Virus record (IMG/VR): IMGVR_UViG_3300017761_005091
Location: 1-40,262 of that record
DNA from: a virus
Taxonomy: Duplodnaviria; Caudoviricetes
Direction: 5' to 3' (one strand)
Length of the DNA: 40,262 nucleotides
Shown here: one piece after another, positions 1 to 11,300 of the stretch
Layout: the number at the start of each line of letters is the position of its first letter
Position numbering within the stretch: the first letter of the stretch is position 1
Notes under the pieces: generated by a model
Told to the model about the DNA's origin: nothing
Databases searched by the model: none
Seen by the model: the letters and a program-made list of their open reading frames with translations, nothing else
Position numbers and translations under genes: made by a program

Positions 1-1
1 C

Positions 2-1615
2 AATTAAATCATCTTTTTTAAAACCTGATCTATTTCTCACTACATAAGTTGGAGTATTCCAGTTAGGATCTGATGGAGGATAAACATCATCTAAATCATA
101 TCTTCTAACAGCAGCATTTGGATTCCAATTTCCAGTACCCCATGTAGTGTCCATAGGATCAATTGTAGGATCTAATGAATTAGGTCTTGGTAATCCTCCC
201 ATAAACGTGCTTCTTCCAGCATCTCTGTTATCTATTAAATATCTTTGAAATCTTTGAGTATCCTGAAAAGATAAATTATTTGCTCCAGTTTCATAGCCAA
301 GTCTTTGTATATGTTCTGGTTCTAATCTCATACCAGCATTTAATCTATTCAATGCTTCTTCAGCAGTATAATTAAATGATGTTTGTGTATCAGGCACACC
401 TGTTAATCCAGCTTGTAAATTTTCTATTGGAGGAGGAGGTGGTAATCTATAATCTTCAACTGCACCGCGACCTTGTACTCTTAATAATTCAATTTCGTCA
501 GGAGTTAAAAATCTGGAACTATTATGAAAAGATCTTCTTATTTCTTCAATGTCTGCTGCTGTTGATTCTCTTAATTGCCCACTTAATCTTTCAATGCTAC
601 TTAAGTCTGCTTCACGAGTAGGTGTAAAAGTTTTTTTGGCTACTTGTTTAAGAGAGTTAAGTGCTTCTGGTATATTTCTTGCAATTTCTGGAGCACTCTT
701 AATAAACTTGTATCCTGATTCTGCCAACTTAGGTAATGACGCAATTGCTTCATATGAAAGAGGATTTAATGCTACTGATTCCATTTCACTTACATTACCC
801 ATTCTCTGAACACCAAGCATTGGTTTTTCTCTAAAATCTCCATAAGAAGATGTAGTGCTATTTTTTGCAGCATTTGCAATGTAATTACCTGGAGCGTTTA
901 ATAATGAAAACACTTTTAATCCTGATAACATTGATTCAGCATCTTCTTTATTTTCATTTGGTGTTAAACCAGGAACGTCAAAATTAAATGGTCTTCCTGG
1001 AAGAGCTGTATTAACTAACTGTTGTATACCACTAACAGTATTTGCAAGTTCATCAGGATTTAATTGCGAAGAATATTTAGAATTAATTAATGCGTTCTTT
1101 TCTTGTTCAGATAAATTATCAATCCAAGCACCTCTTTCATTCAAATCAAAATTATTTTTTTTAGAAAGTTCTTCTAAAGCATAAGTATTCTTATTATAAT
1201 CATAGTTTTGATTTATTTCAGCAAGTACTTTTTCTGGAAAATTATTTCTATCAATTCCATACCAATTGCTTTTACCAAGTCTTTTTATATACTCGTCTTT
1301 CTTTTTATTTACAAAATCTTCACGAGTATTTTTTTCAGAATATTGTTTTCGTAGTTTACTTAATTCAGAAAGTTTACTTTTAATAACTACTTCATCTATC
1401 ACTCCTCCCCAATAAATATCATTAGCCATATCTTCTGGATTTTGTATTTGACCTTTTCTATACATTTCAGCATACTCAGGTGATCCTGTATTTACAATTT
1501 TAATTGTACCATCAGGATATTTTAGTTTTATATTTTTACCACCAGGTACAGTCATACCTTCTTGAGCTTTTGCTAAAAACTTTTCTAAAATAAATTTGTT
1601 TCCTTTTGATGTCAT
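2..1615 (-). CDS. Large putative virion cargo/ejection protein, partial (runs off the left edge, about 538 aa visible)
   Basis: Absent from the ORF track because it has no stop inside the window. Manual translation from ATG at 1615 gives MTSKGNKFILEKFLAKAQEGMTVPGGKNIK..., open to the edge. Starts 5 nt after the stop of the 1248-aa gene. Function is inferred from position downstream of the tail genes. Confidence 0.75.
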   Translation of the reverse strand, partial: MTSKGNKFILEKFLAKAQEGMTVPGGKNIKLKYPDGTIKIVNTGSPEYAEMYRKGQIQNPEDMANDIYWGGVIDEVVIKSKLSELSKLRKQYSEKNTREDFVNKKKDEYIKRLGKSNWYGIDRNNFPEKVLAEINQNYDYNKNTYALEELSKKNNFDLNERGAWIDNLSEQEKNALINSKYSSQLNPDELANTVSGIQQLVNTALPGRPFNFDVPGLTPNENKEDAESMLSGLKVFSLLNAPGNYIANAAKNSTTSSYGDFREKPMLGVQRMGNVSEMESVALNPLSYEAIASLPKLAESGYKFIKSAPEIARNIPEALNSLKQVAKKTFTPTREADLSSIERLSGQLRESTAADIEEIRRSFHNSSRFLTPDEIELLRVQGRGAVEDYRLPPPPPIENLQAGLTGVPDTQTSFNYTAEEALNRLNAGMRLEPEHIQRLGYETGANNLSFQDTQRFQRYLIDNRDAGRSTFMGGLPRPNSLDPTIDPMDTTWGTGNWNPNAAVRRYDLDDVYPPSDPNWNTPTYVVRNRSGFKKDDLI

Positions 1616-1620
1616 GACTA

Positions 1621-4600
1621 TTATCTGTTTTTATTTTTACCTTTGATTACAATTTCGTTTAATTCAATTTCACCATCCTCATTAAGAACAATTTCTCTTT
1701 TAATATTGTCTCTCCAATTTTGTTCAACTTTATAAGGATAACTTCCAGGATCTCTTTGATACTTAACTCTCATTTCATCTTCTCCACTTTCATTATATAT
1801 TGCTGGTGAAAAATTAGGCATAGTACCTTCATTAAAAGGTATCCAATCATTACCACCTTCATATGTAGTTCCTGAATCAATAGATAAATATTGGTTTCTT
1901 AAATAAGGAGAATATCTTCCAATACCATTATCTAATATAGAATTTCCAGTTTCTGATGCAAGTTGAGATGCTTTAAATCCGCCAGTAGTAATTCCGGGTC
2001 CACCACCATTATCTATTTCAGGTCGTGTCCATCCAAATAGTTTTTGAGAAAGTGTATTGTTTTCACCCCAGTTCTCTAAAACTTGTTTATCTTTTAAATC
2101 CATTGCTGCCATAAGTGGTAACACTTTGTCAAGATTATACAAATCATTTGGAGATTTAATGTCAAACTTTTGTTTTAAATCTTTAGGTATGCTGCTATAT
2201 TTAATTTGACCAGGTCCAACTGATAATTTTTTACCACCACCTAAAGATGTAAATATACTTTCAGCAATATTTTCTAAACGTGATCCTAATCCTTTACCTT
2301 TTGATGTTGTCCAGTTATTTTCTGTACCAAGTTCACCAAATACATTTAATAATGAATCATGTATTTCTTCTTTAGATTTACCAGTCTTTTTAACAAGTTC
2401 ATTTATTTTATCATTATCATTTGCAAATTCAATAAACTTATCCATAACACGTTGACTGTTATCATTATAATCTTTAGCAGTAGGTGATATGCCCCACTTA
2501 TATGATGCTTTAGAAGTAGATTCTTTTTTTATAAACTCTTGTTTATCATCATAGTTTTTCTTTTCTTCTGGAGTAAGTCCCAATGGATTAGTATCATCAT
2601 AAGGATTAACTTTATATATTGTAGCATGCTGCTCTGTTTTCTTTCTTTTAGGATCTAATCTTTCTTTTATTTCATCTTCATAATATGTTCTTTCAGATTT
2701 CCAAAAATTATCAAAAAATCTTAATTGACCACTTTTTGTTTTTCCAAGATATATTTGACTATGTGTTGGATAATACTTTCCTGAAGCATTTCTATCCTGA
2801 CTTGTCATCAATACATCACCAGGCTCTAAATTCTGAATACCTTTTACTCCCCATCCTTGATTTGCAGTAAAACCATAATCTTTTGCATTTTCTGCAAAAT
2901 GAGTATTAGACCAATCAACAGTATTCATTACACCTGCATCTTTTAAAACAGTGCACACTCCACCAATGCATCCAAATGCTCCTTCTCCTCTTTGAAAAGC
3001 AATAGTTTTTATATCATCTGGAACATCAACATAATTATTAGTTTTAATTCTTTCTTCAGCAAGTTGTACAACTCGTTGAGCCATTTCTTTGGTGTGAGCA
3101 CTTTTATCAGAACTATTAGCAACTTCTACAATAGTAGGCGTTTCAACTGGTTTTTGTTGTTGTTTTAATCTTGCAATTAATGCAAGATTTTGTTTTGCAG
3201 TTCCGTCAGTTAATCCTTGCGCTCTTGCAGTACTCCATGGTTTACCAGTAAGTTGTGTATATTGTTCAGCAACTGTTGTACCACCAATATCATATTTATT
3301 GCTAACAGACATTTCATCTGCGTTACCAAACCAAGTACCACCGCGTTTTGCAACAGGCATTTGATTATTAATATTGTTATTATTTTGACTAACAGAGTTC
3401 AATAATTTTAATGTACCTTCTTTTCCAAAGTAATCATTTAAGTCTCTAAAACCTTGATTTGTATTTAAGTCAATATCATTATATAAAGATTTTAAATCTT
3501 CTTCATTAAGTTCTCTATTTAAAAACTCTTTATTACCACTATTAAACAAGTTATCTCTAACCTCATTTAATCTTGCACGTACTTCTGTAGGTTCTGTAAA
3601 ATAGTCATACTTAAATTTATTATCATCTGTTTTTGGAACTTTTAATGAATTTATTAAGTCTACATCTTTTAGAGGTATTGCAGAAACTTCATCATCCTCT
3701 CTGTTTTTTAATTCTTTTCTTAATAGTCTACTATTTAATCTAAATTTTTTCTGACCTTCAGCAAATAGATTATCTATAAAATGACTTTTTTCATGTACAG
3801 CAACACTTCTATTAAAATCATTAGAAAAGTTACCACCTAAAGTATCTAATTCATTTCTGTCAAATGGATAATTAATAGTTCTTTCTTCTGGACTAAAATA
3901 AGCAATTGCTCCAGGTTTAAAACTATCTTCAGATGTGTTTATTTTTTTTCCTTTTAGTTCTTGTAAATTTCTATTTCTTATATCATTATATAAATCAAAA
4001 GAATTATTTTCTACTGTAGATTCTGTTAGTAATTTTTTATATTGTGGTGAGTTCATCCATTCTTCATGAAAGGAAGTACTTGGATATTCATTTTCACTTA
4101 CAACTTTATCAAAAAGATTTTTTCTTTTTTCTACAGCATCTGGATTAAAGTTTTTTTTAATAAAAGCATTGTGTTCTTCTTGCGCCTTTCTTTTAGATTC
4201 CTCTTCTTTTATTTTTTCTTCCTCGCGTACCTTTTTTATATTCTCTAATTGATATGCGGTATTTTCATCTATTTTTCTTTGTCGCTCTTCATCAGTAAGT
4301 CCTTCTAATGTACTACTTGGATCACCACCTTCTTGAGCAACAGCCAGCATGTCATTAGTGTTATTATTATTTTGAGCAATGTTATTCATTAACCATATAA
4401 GATCTTCTTCAGAATAATTTTTTAAAGCTCTGTCTTTTATATGAACAGGTAATTTATCTAAATGTTCTTTTGTAAACTCTTCATATCCAGGTTTATAAAT
4501 ACCAAGTTTTGCAGCTTCATATTGTAATGCTTTTTGATCAGCATAGTTTTCATTAGGACCTCTTGATATTTTTCTGTCTTTGTTTCTTTTTTGCAACTGC

Positions 4601-5367
4601 TCATAATCATATCTATTATAACCAGGTGTTTGTTTTCCAAAAAACGATTTACTATCATCTAACACAGAATGTCCAAACTCATGTGCAAGTACGCTGTCTT
4701 GTGGTAAAACGCTTTCAAATTCTTTAGACCAAATTTCAGAATCTTTTATAGGAGCATGATGGACTGTGTTAGTGTTAGGTTGATAATATGTACCAAGTCT
4801 ATTTTCATCATATACATATTCTGTTTTACCTACATTTGATTTTCTTTGATTAATTACTTTGTCAACATCAAGGTATCCCGAATTTTCTAAATTTCTTTTA
4901 TATAATGGTGAGTCTATATAATTGTTAAACCATTCTTTTACTTTGTTAAAATCTTTTTCACCACCTTCTTGCATTATTGTATTTTCATTACCACATTTAT
5001 GACAAGTAGTAACATCATTACCTCCATCTGCAGCTTTCCATTTCCATCCACAATTAGAACATGTAATAGTTTTATTTAATAATCCACCATATTTTGCCAT
5101 AGGTGTTTCAGTTACACGCGAACCAGGATATTGATATTGTTGTCCAGGAAACATTTCTTGTCTGTTGCCAAACTCATCTATACCAACAAGAGGAGTACTT
5201 ACCCCTTGCATTGTAATAGAAGTTCCTTCCGGTGTACCATAAATAGTATTGGAAGGATTATTTCTATAAGGAGAATTATCTTTGTACCCTTGCATAGAAA
5301 TATCCTGCTTTACTTTTTCATTTTGCTGTGTGATGAACTTCATCAATATTTCTCTATTTGCTGCCAT
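1621..5367 (-). CDS. Multidomain (polyvalent-type) putative ejected virion protein: Zn ribbon, two zincin-like HExxH modules, NlpC/P60-like amidase, lysozyme-like domain
   Basis: Motifs seen: CSNC...CHKC; HEFGH with downstream ENYAD; HEKSH with downstream EVRAR; GCIGGVC...LEPGDVL...THSQIYLG (Cys/His of the NlpC/P60 type); GELGTENNW...SVGPGQIKY (lysozyme/transglycosylase-like). Modules are separated by xxGG motifs. Confidence 0.7.
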   Translation of the reverse strand: MAANREILMKFITQQNEKVKQDISMQGYKDNSPYRNNPSNTIYGTPEGTSITMQGVSTPLVGIDEFGNRQEMFPGQQYQYPGSRVTETPMAKYGGLLNKTITCSNCGWKWKAADGGNDVTTCHKCGNENTIMQEGGEKDFNKVKEWFNNYIDSPLYKRNLENSGYLDVDKVINQRKSNVGKTEYVYDENRLGTYYQPNTNTVHHAPIKDSEIWSKEFESVLPQDSVLAHEFGHSVLDDSKSFFGKQTPGYNRYDYEQLQKRNKDRKISRGPNENYADQKALQYEAAKLGIYKPGYEEFTKEHLDKLPVHIKDRALKNYSEEDLIWLMNNIAQNNNNTNDMLAVAQEGGDPSSTLEGLTDEERQRKIDENTAYQLENIKKVREEEKIKEEESKRKAQEEHNAFIKKNFNPDAVEKRKNLFDKVVSENEYPSTSFHEEWMNSPQYKKLLTESTVENNSFDLYNDIRNRNLQELKGKKINTSEDSFKPGAIAYFSPEERTINYPFDRNELDTLGGNFSNDFNRSVAVHEKSHFIDNLFAEGQKKFRLNSRLLRKELKNREDDEVSAIPLKDVDLINSLKVPKTDDNKFKYDYFTEPTEVRARLNEVRDNLFNSGNKEFLNRELNEEDLKSLYNDIDLNTNQGFRDLNDYFGKEGTLKLLNSVSQNNNNINNQMPVAKRGGTWFGNADEMSVSNKYDIGGTTVAEQYTQLTGKPWSTARAQGLTDGTAKQNLALIARLKQQQKPVETPTIVEVANSSDKSAHTKEMAQRVVQLAEERIKTNNYVDVPDDIKTIAFQRGEGAFGCIGGVCTVLKDAGVMNTVDWSNTHFAENAKDYGFTANQGWGVKGIQNLEPGDVLMTSQDRNASGKYYPTHSQIYLGKTKSGQLRFFDNFWKSERTYYEDEIKERLDPKRKKTEQHATIYKVNPYDDTNPLGLTPEEKKNYDDKQEFIKKESTSKASYKWGISPTAKDYNDNSQRVMDKFIEFANDNDKINELVKKTGKSKEEIHDSLLNVFGELGTENNWTTSKGKGLGSRLENIAESIFTSLGGGKKLSVGPGQIKYSSIPKDLKQKFDIKSPNDLYNLDKVLPLMAAMDLKDKQVLENWGENNTLSQKLFGWTRPEIDNGGGPGITTGGFKASQLASETGNSILDNGIGRYSPYLRNQYLSIDSGTTYEGGNDWIPFNEGTMPNFSPAIYNESGEDEMRVKYQRDPGSYPYKVEQNWRDNIKREIVLNEDGEIELNEIVIKGKNKNR

Positions 5368-8300
5368 TATCGAGGACTTAATAAGTATTTATTATTTACA
5401 AATTTAAGGATCATTTTTTTATCATTACTAATATTTTTACGTAATATAATTTTATTACCATAATGTCTAAACTTTTTATGTTGCAATGGTTGTTTAGCAT
5501 AATCAACATAAGCAGAATTAATAACTTTATGATAACCATCAGCAGCAGTAATCCACATTGGAACAGTGTTATTAGTAAACTCACCTCTGTCTGCAGTAAT
5601 ATCATAAAACTGATTGAATCTAAATTTGTTTTCTTCTTTGCTGAACTGAATATCAATAGAGTCAATATTTATAACAGGATATGTTAATAACGTTAATGGA
5701 TTATTTTTAGTTTTTAAATTTAACTTAAGTAATCCACTATTTTGCTCAGAATTAAATATTATAGCTCTGTCAAAGTTTTCATCAAGAATATGATTAAAAT
5801 CTCTACCATCATTATAATATTTATACACATCAAGAGTATACTCAAAATTTCTTAATGTTGTAATTGTATTTGGTGTAACAACACTGTATTCAAGTTCCCA
5901 AGGGTAATCTTGATTGTAGTAATTTGCAAAACTATCAGTACGAACATTGTGTCTCCAGATTGTACTTATTAAATTACTTGCGCCTCTTATTAAAGTATAA
6001 GATGAATTACAAACCAATGGATTTGGATTTATATAACCAGGTGTACCTGCTTGTATTACATCATCACATTCTCCAGTAGTTGACACTACAGCATCTGGTT
6101 CACAAACAGTAGTAGGACATTTACATGTAACTTTTTTACAAATTGGTGGAGTGGTTTCACTACATGCTCCAATTAATGTATACCCTGGAGGACAACTACA
6201 GGTTGGTGGCGCATCACATACAGTTCCTGCAACAGCATTTGCAATAAAAGCAGCTGTATTGTTTGGAAAAGTTCCATTAGCAACCATGTTAAATTGATTA
6301 GCTGTTATACTACATGTAATTGCATTAGGTATTGCAGGTTGTGGCGGTACAGGACTATCATCATCACAAAATATACTATACACATCATATTTAGGTAAGT
6401 TTTGATATTGACATCCTACTTCAGTTCCACCGGGACCAGCTGTACTTGGATTACAAGAACTACCTACAGCATCAGTCATAAATAACATTACGCTTCTAAA
6501 ATTAGGATCTGAAAATCTATCACCTAATTGAGAAGCCGCTCTGCTTGTTAATATTGTATTTGCATGACTCATTCCTAAACATATGTCAGTACCAGAAGTT
6601 GGAGTTGATGCATAATATGCGTCTGCTTGTGCAACTGTTACTGTGTTACTCATGCTAAATCCATTAGGATTTAAACTATCTACAAAATTATTATTACCCC
6701 ATTTTGTAAAACCAACTTGTATAAAACCACCAGCCATGCCTGCTACTATAATAGGATCATTTAAAAACTCATGAACAAATTGTCTTTGAGCTTCAATTCT
6801 TCCACCTTGGGTAGTACTGGTAGACCAGTCCATTGCAATAACAATATCAAGTAAACAATTAAATGTATTTGATGTTACAGTTGCTGCTGTTTCTAAAATA
6901 GTAACTTGAGCAAGTTCTGTATTTGAAACTGTCTTAACACATTGAGTTGTATTTGGATCAAACGTATATCCCGGAGGACATACAGGATTTAATGCAAAAT
7001 CAGATTTAATAGTTAAAAAGTGATCATAAGAAGGCATTACCCATTCAGGATGCCAATCATGAAATGATAACCATATTTTTAATTTTGGATCATAACTTAC
7101 TGTCCATCTTATTTCTTCTAAGTATGATTTAATATCAATTTTTGTCAATACAGGTCCCAACACAGCAGGCGCTGTAATAGTACAAGTGCATGTATTCTCT
7201 TCCACATCAGTAACACAACCTACACTACATGGTGACGCTGGTGAATTTTCTGGTGGATCTAATTGAGTATTCTCACAAAATCCAGTTTGAGGATTAAATA
7301 CAAATCCATCTAATGCACATAATGAAGTAACAATTTTTTTCTCACAAACACCAGTAATAGAATTATAAGTATATCCAGGAGGGCAGTTATAAATATAAGC
7401 AACACCATTGCACAATGATTCATTAATATAATATCCTTCACCATTAACATAAACTAAACAGTTTGCAATTTCATCAAACTCTGCTTTTGGTTTATAATCT
7501 TTTTTAGTAAAATATAATAAATCATATTGAGAATCAAACACTGTTTGAATTGAAATACCTTCTACAACATTATCATACAATGGGAAATTTGGATATTTTT
7601 TTAATAATGGAGATGGAAGATTTTCTAAAAACCAGTATTTCATACCATCTTTAGAAATATCATTCATTCCACCACCAGTATAATTAATTATTTTACCGGT
7701 TTCTTGAGATACCCAAAATAATCCATAAGGTGTATTTACTGCAGATTTACTTGAAATACATGTTCCATATTTAAAAGCATCATCAGCATTTACGAGTGAC
7801 TGCATGTTTTGTTGAAACAACCCTGCATCACCAATAGTAAATTTTACACCACCTTGTGTTTGTAAAGTATCAACTCCCACAAATTGTGTCGGTTCAATAT
7901 CTTCAAACAATATAATTGCACCTTGTGCATTTAATGTTTTGATAGTACTTATTTTTCCTTCAAAATCTCTGTAGTTATTCTGTAAATAATTTCTCCAGTT
8001 ATCTCGTTTAAGTCCTTCTTGTTGCTGTAATGAATACACAACTCTCCTTGGGAGGTATTGGAAACATGTTTCGTACAAGGTTGGATCATAGTCCCTTGGT
8101 AAGATATTTGACCAGGAAGCAAAGTTACTGTACAATTTGGATGCGCTAAGTGATAAGTCATATTCATAATAAATTGGTCTTGTTATAAGGTCACTTCTAA
8201 ACATTGTGTCCAAATCAGTAAACGAGTTACCAATTGGATCATAAAACTTTTCCCATGGTTCTTCACCATAATCTCTAAATGCCACATTTAATTCTGACTC

Positions 8301-11300
8301 AGTAAAAAAGTCTCTAACACCATTAAATGATAAATACATCCAAGCATTTTTAAAACTTGATTTAATTATTTGTCCAGTAGATTGATAACCATGTAAATTG
8401 TAATAATCAGCAGGAGTATTAAAATTAAATTGTGGTACAACATTTGACCAGTCTATTGCAATGTCAAATTTAGTAGCATCATACCTTGTGGAATTTAACC
8501 AATAGGTAGGAATAGGACCATTACGATAATTCTCATAATTCCATTCTGTACCATTTGGAACATCTATTAACCAAGTATTATAAAAATAATAAGTATTTTT
8601 TTCAGTGTATCTATTTATATAAACATCTCCTCCAAATATTTGTGATGTTGAATTTGGAATTAATACATTTTGATTAACATTATAAACACAAGAATTAGTT
8701 GGAATTTGTACAATTGCTTGTAATTGACCATATTGATTTTCATAATCATATTTTATAGCACCATAATAAGACGCTGTATTTAAAGTATACACTCTACTAA
8801 TATTATTAGTATCAGGCATTAACTGTTTTGAATTGTCAACATTAAATGTAAAAGGAACATTGGTAGCAGTTTGCACTGCTAAAAATTTATTTCTATTATT
8901 ATTATTAATTCTTTGTGTTGAATTAAAATCTTGTAATCCTGAACTAACATATTTTGCTCCTTGTGGTGCAATAGGTCTCGTAATAGATGGTTGCAATGTT
9001 CCAGGAACATTTGTATTTACAACATTATCAAAACTATTATAAAAAGAATGACTATTTAATTGCACAACATAATCTTGATATTCAATGATGTTATAAATAA
9101 TATCAAGAAGTGTTTGAAAAGATTGTAAAAAAACCATTTGTGCAGAAGCAAGTACTTGAACTATTGTTAATATGGTTCCTATAACAGTCAAACCAGCACC
9201 AACCAAACCAGACACAGCACCATTTGCGATTGCAGCACCTTGTCCTGTAACAATACCTGATGCTACGTTTGCAGTACCTCCTGTTGCATTAAATGAAACT
9301 GAGCCATCAAAATTTGAAACGGGTAAATGTAAAGTTCTTTGTTCAGAACCAACAGTGTAAGGAGCAGCCCAAGTTGTTTGCCAAGCTCTTGTTTCTCCAG
9401 TTGAAGTTGATGAAAATTCTTGTGCACCAAATAATGTAAGTAATGCCAGACCTGTTGCAACTAAAGTAGCAGCTGTAAATATATCTTCATGAATAAACTT
9501 AAATCTTGGATGCTTGTAAGGTACAATACCATAAATTTCAGCAGTACCAAGTTCTTCAGTATATAATTTTACATATCCACCACTACCAACATATGGTCTT
9601 ACCAAATTGTTTTCTGGTGCATGAAATGAAAATATATTTTCTTGTACATCTAAATTATTAGGAGTAGCTTCTAAAAATGGATCTGTTGTTGTTACATCAT
9701 TGTATGGATAATTTTCAAACAATCCTTTTTGAGTTACAGTATTTTGCATATCATACTGTATCATGTTGTTAAACATACCTTTTGCAAGAATACTTCTGTT
9801 TCCTTCGCGTGATCCACGAAGAATTTCATATCCTATAATATCTTCAACCGGTACACCATCATTGTCAACTGGTTGTCTTATGTTAGTAAACTCCATACCA
9901 AGAATAATTATTCTTGTACCTGTTGTGTCATGTATATGAATAGTTTCATTAGAAGGCATCTTGTGATGTCTAATAGGTTGATTACATAAATCACCCCATA
10001 TTTCAGGATGATTATTAGGATACAACTCAGATGATTCCCAATATGCCATATTTCCACGAGCAACAATTACACCACCATCAGGTCTGTTTTCAGATGGAGT
10101 GCTTGTAATAGACGATGTGTCATAAACTTGCCATGTGCTTCTACGAGTATTAATAAGTAAATCTGGATTTGATATTGGTAATAAAACAAGATCGCTTGCT
10201 GTCGCCTGTCTTCCAGGAATATGGAATGACGCAGAACGAGCACCAGTTTTATACACCCATCTAATAAAGAATGAGTATACCTCATCTCTATAATATCCTA
10301 CTTCATGACCACCATCCCAGTAATAACTTGCAGGATATTCAACTGCAACCCAGTTTGCTTGTATAAGATTTGCTAATGGTTGATAGTTAATAAATGCTTG
10401 TGATGTAACACCTGATCTTAATAAGTATCCGCTAATGTTAAACATTTTTTCACTCTTCTCGTATATTACTTTTCTCAAAGGAATAAGAGATAGTTCAACT
10501 GTAATTAAAGAAGCATTATATAAATCTAAATGTACTTTTCTTTGAGTTGTAGAATAGTAACCAATTTTTTTAGCAACAGATTGTTGATTAATAGTTGCAA
10601 TAACTACTAATTCATATTCATCAAAATTTGGATCTAAGTTATCTATAATTATATCAATTGATCCACCAATTCCAGTATGATCCCATAATGATTGTGCATT
10701 ACTTGGCATACTGTAATCGGTAAGTTTAATACCGTTCTCAGAATATGCAATAACCGCTTGATAAGAACCATTATTTAATTGTCCAGAACCTGCTGATTTA
10801 TTTACAGTAACACATGGTTGTTGTATTAATGGATGCAATCTTAATGCATCACAATCTAATTGTGAAGTACAACATTCAGCACCACATGCATCTGGATCTG
10901 GTATAAGTTCATTAAATTGAAAACATATATCTCCAGGTTCTGAAACATCATATCCTTCTGCAATATTAGTTACATCAAGACTTCCTTCTAATGCACATAT
11001 AGTAACACTTTGTCCATAATTCAAACTTGGTACTTCAACTAAAAGATCATTTTCATCTATATAAAAAATACCAGTTGATATAATTGGCATAGGTGGTGTA
11101 CCAGGTGCTGACGCATCTGGACAACCTAAAGTAGCACTCCAAACAGTATCTCCACAAGGAGCAAAAACTCTTAATATTGCTGTTTCTGTTAATGACGCTT
11201 TCATAAAAGTCGCAGTTCCAGCACCAGGACCAACAGGTGGAACACAATATCCACCTGCACCTCTAAATCCTGTATCAATAACATCTACTCCATCAAAAAT

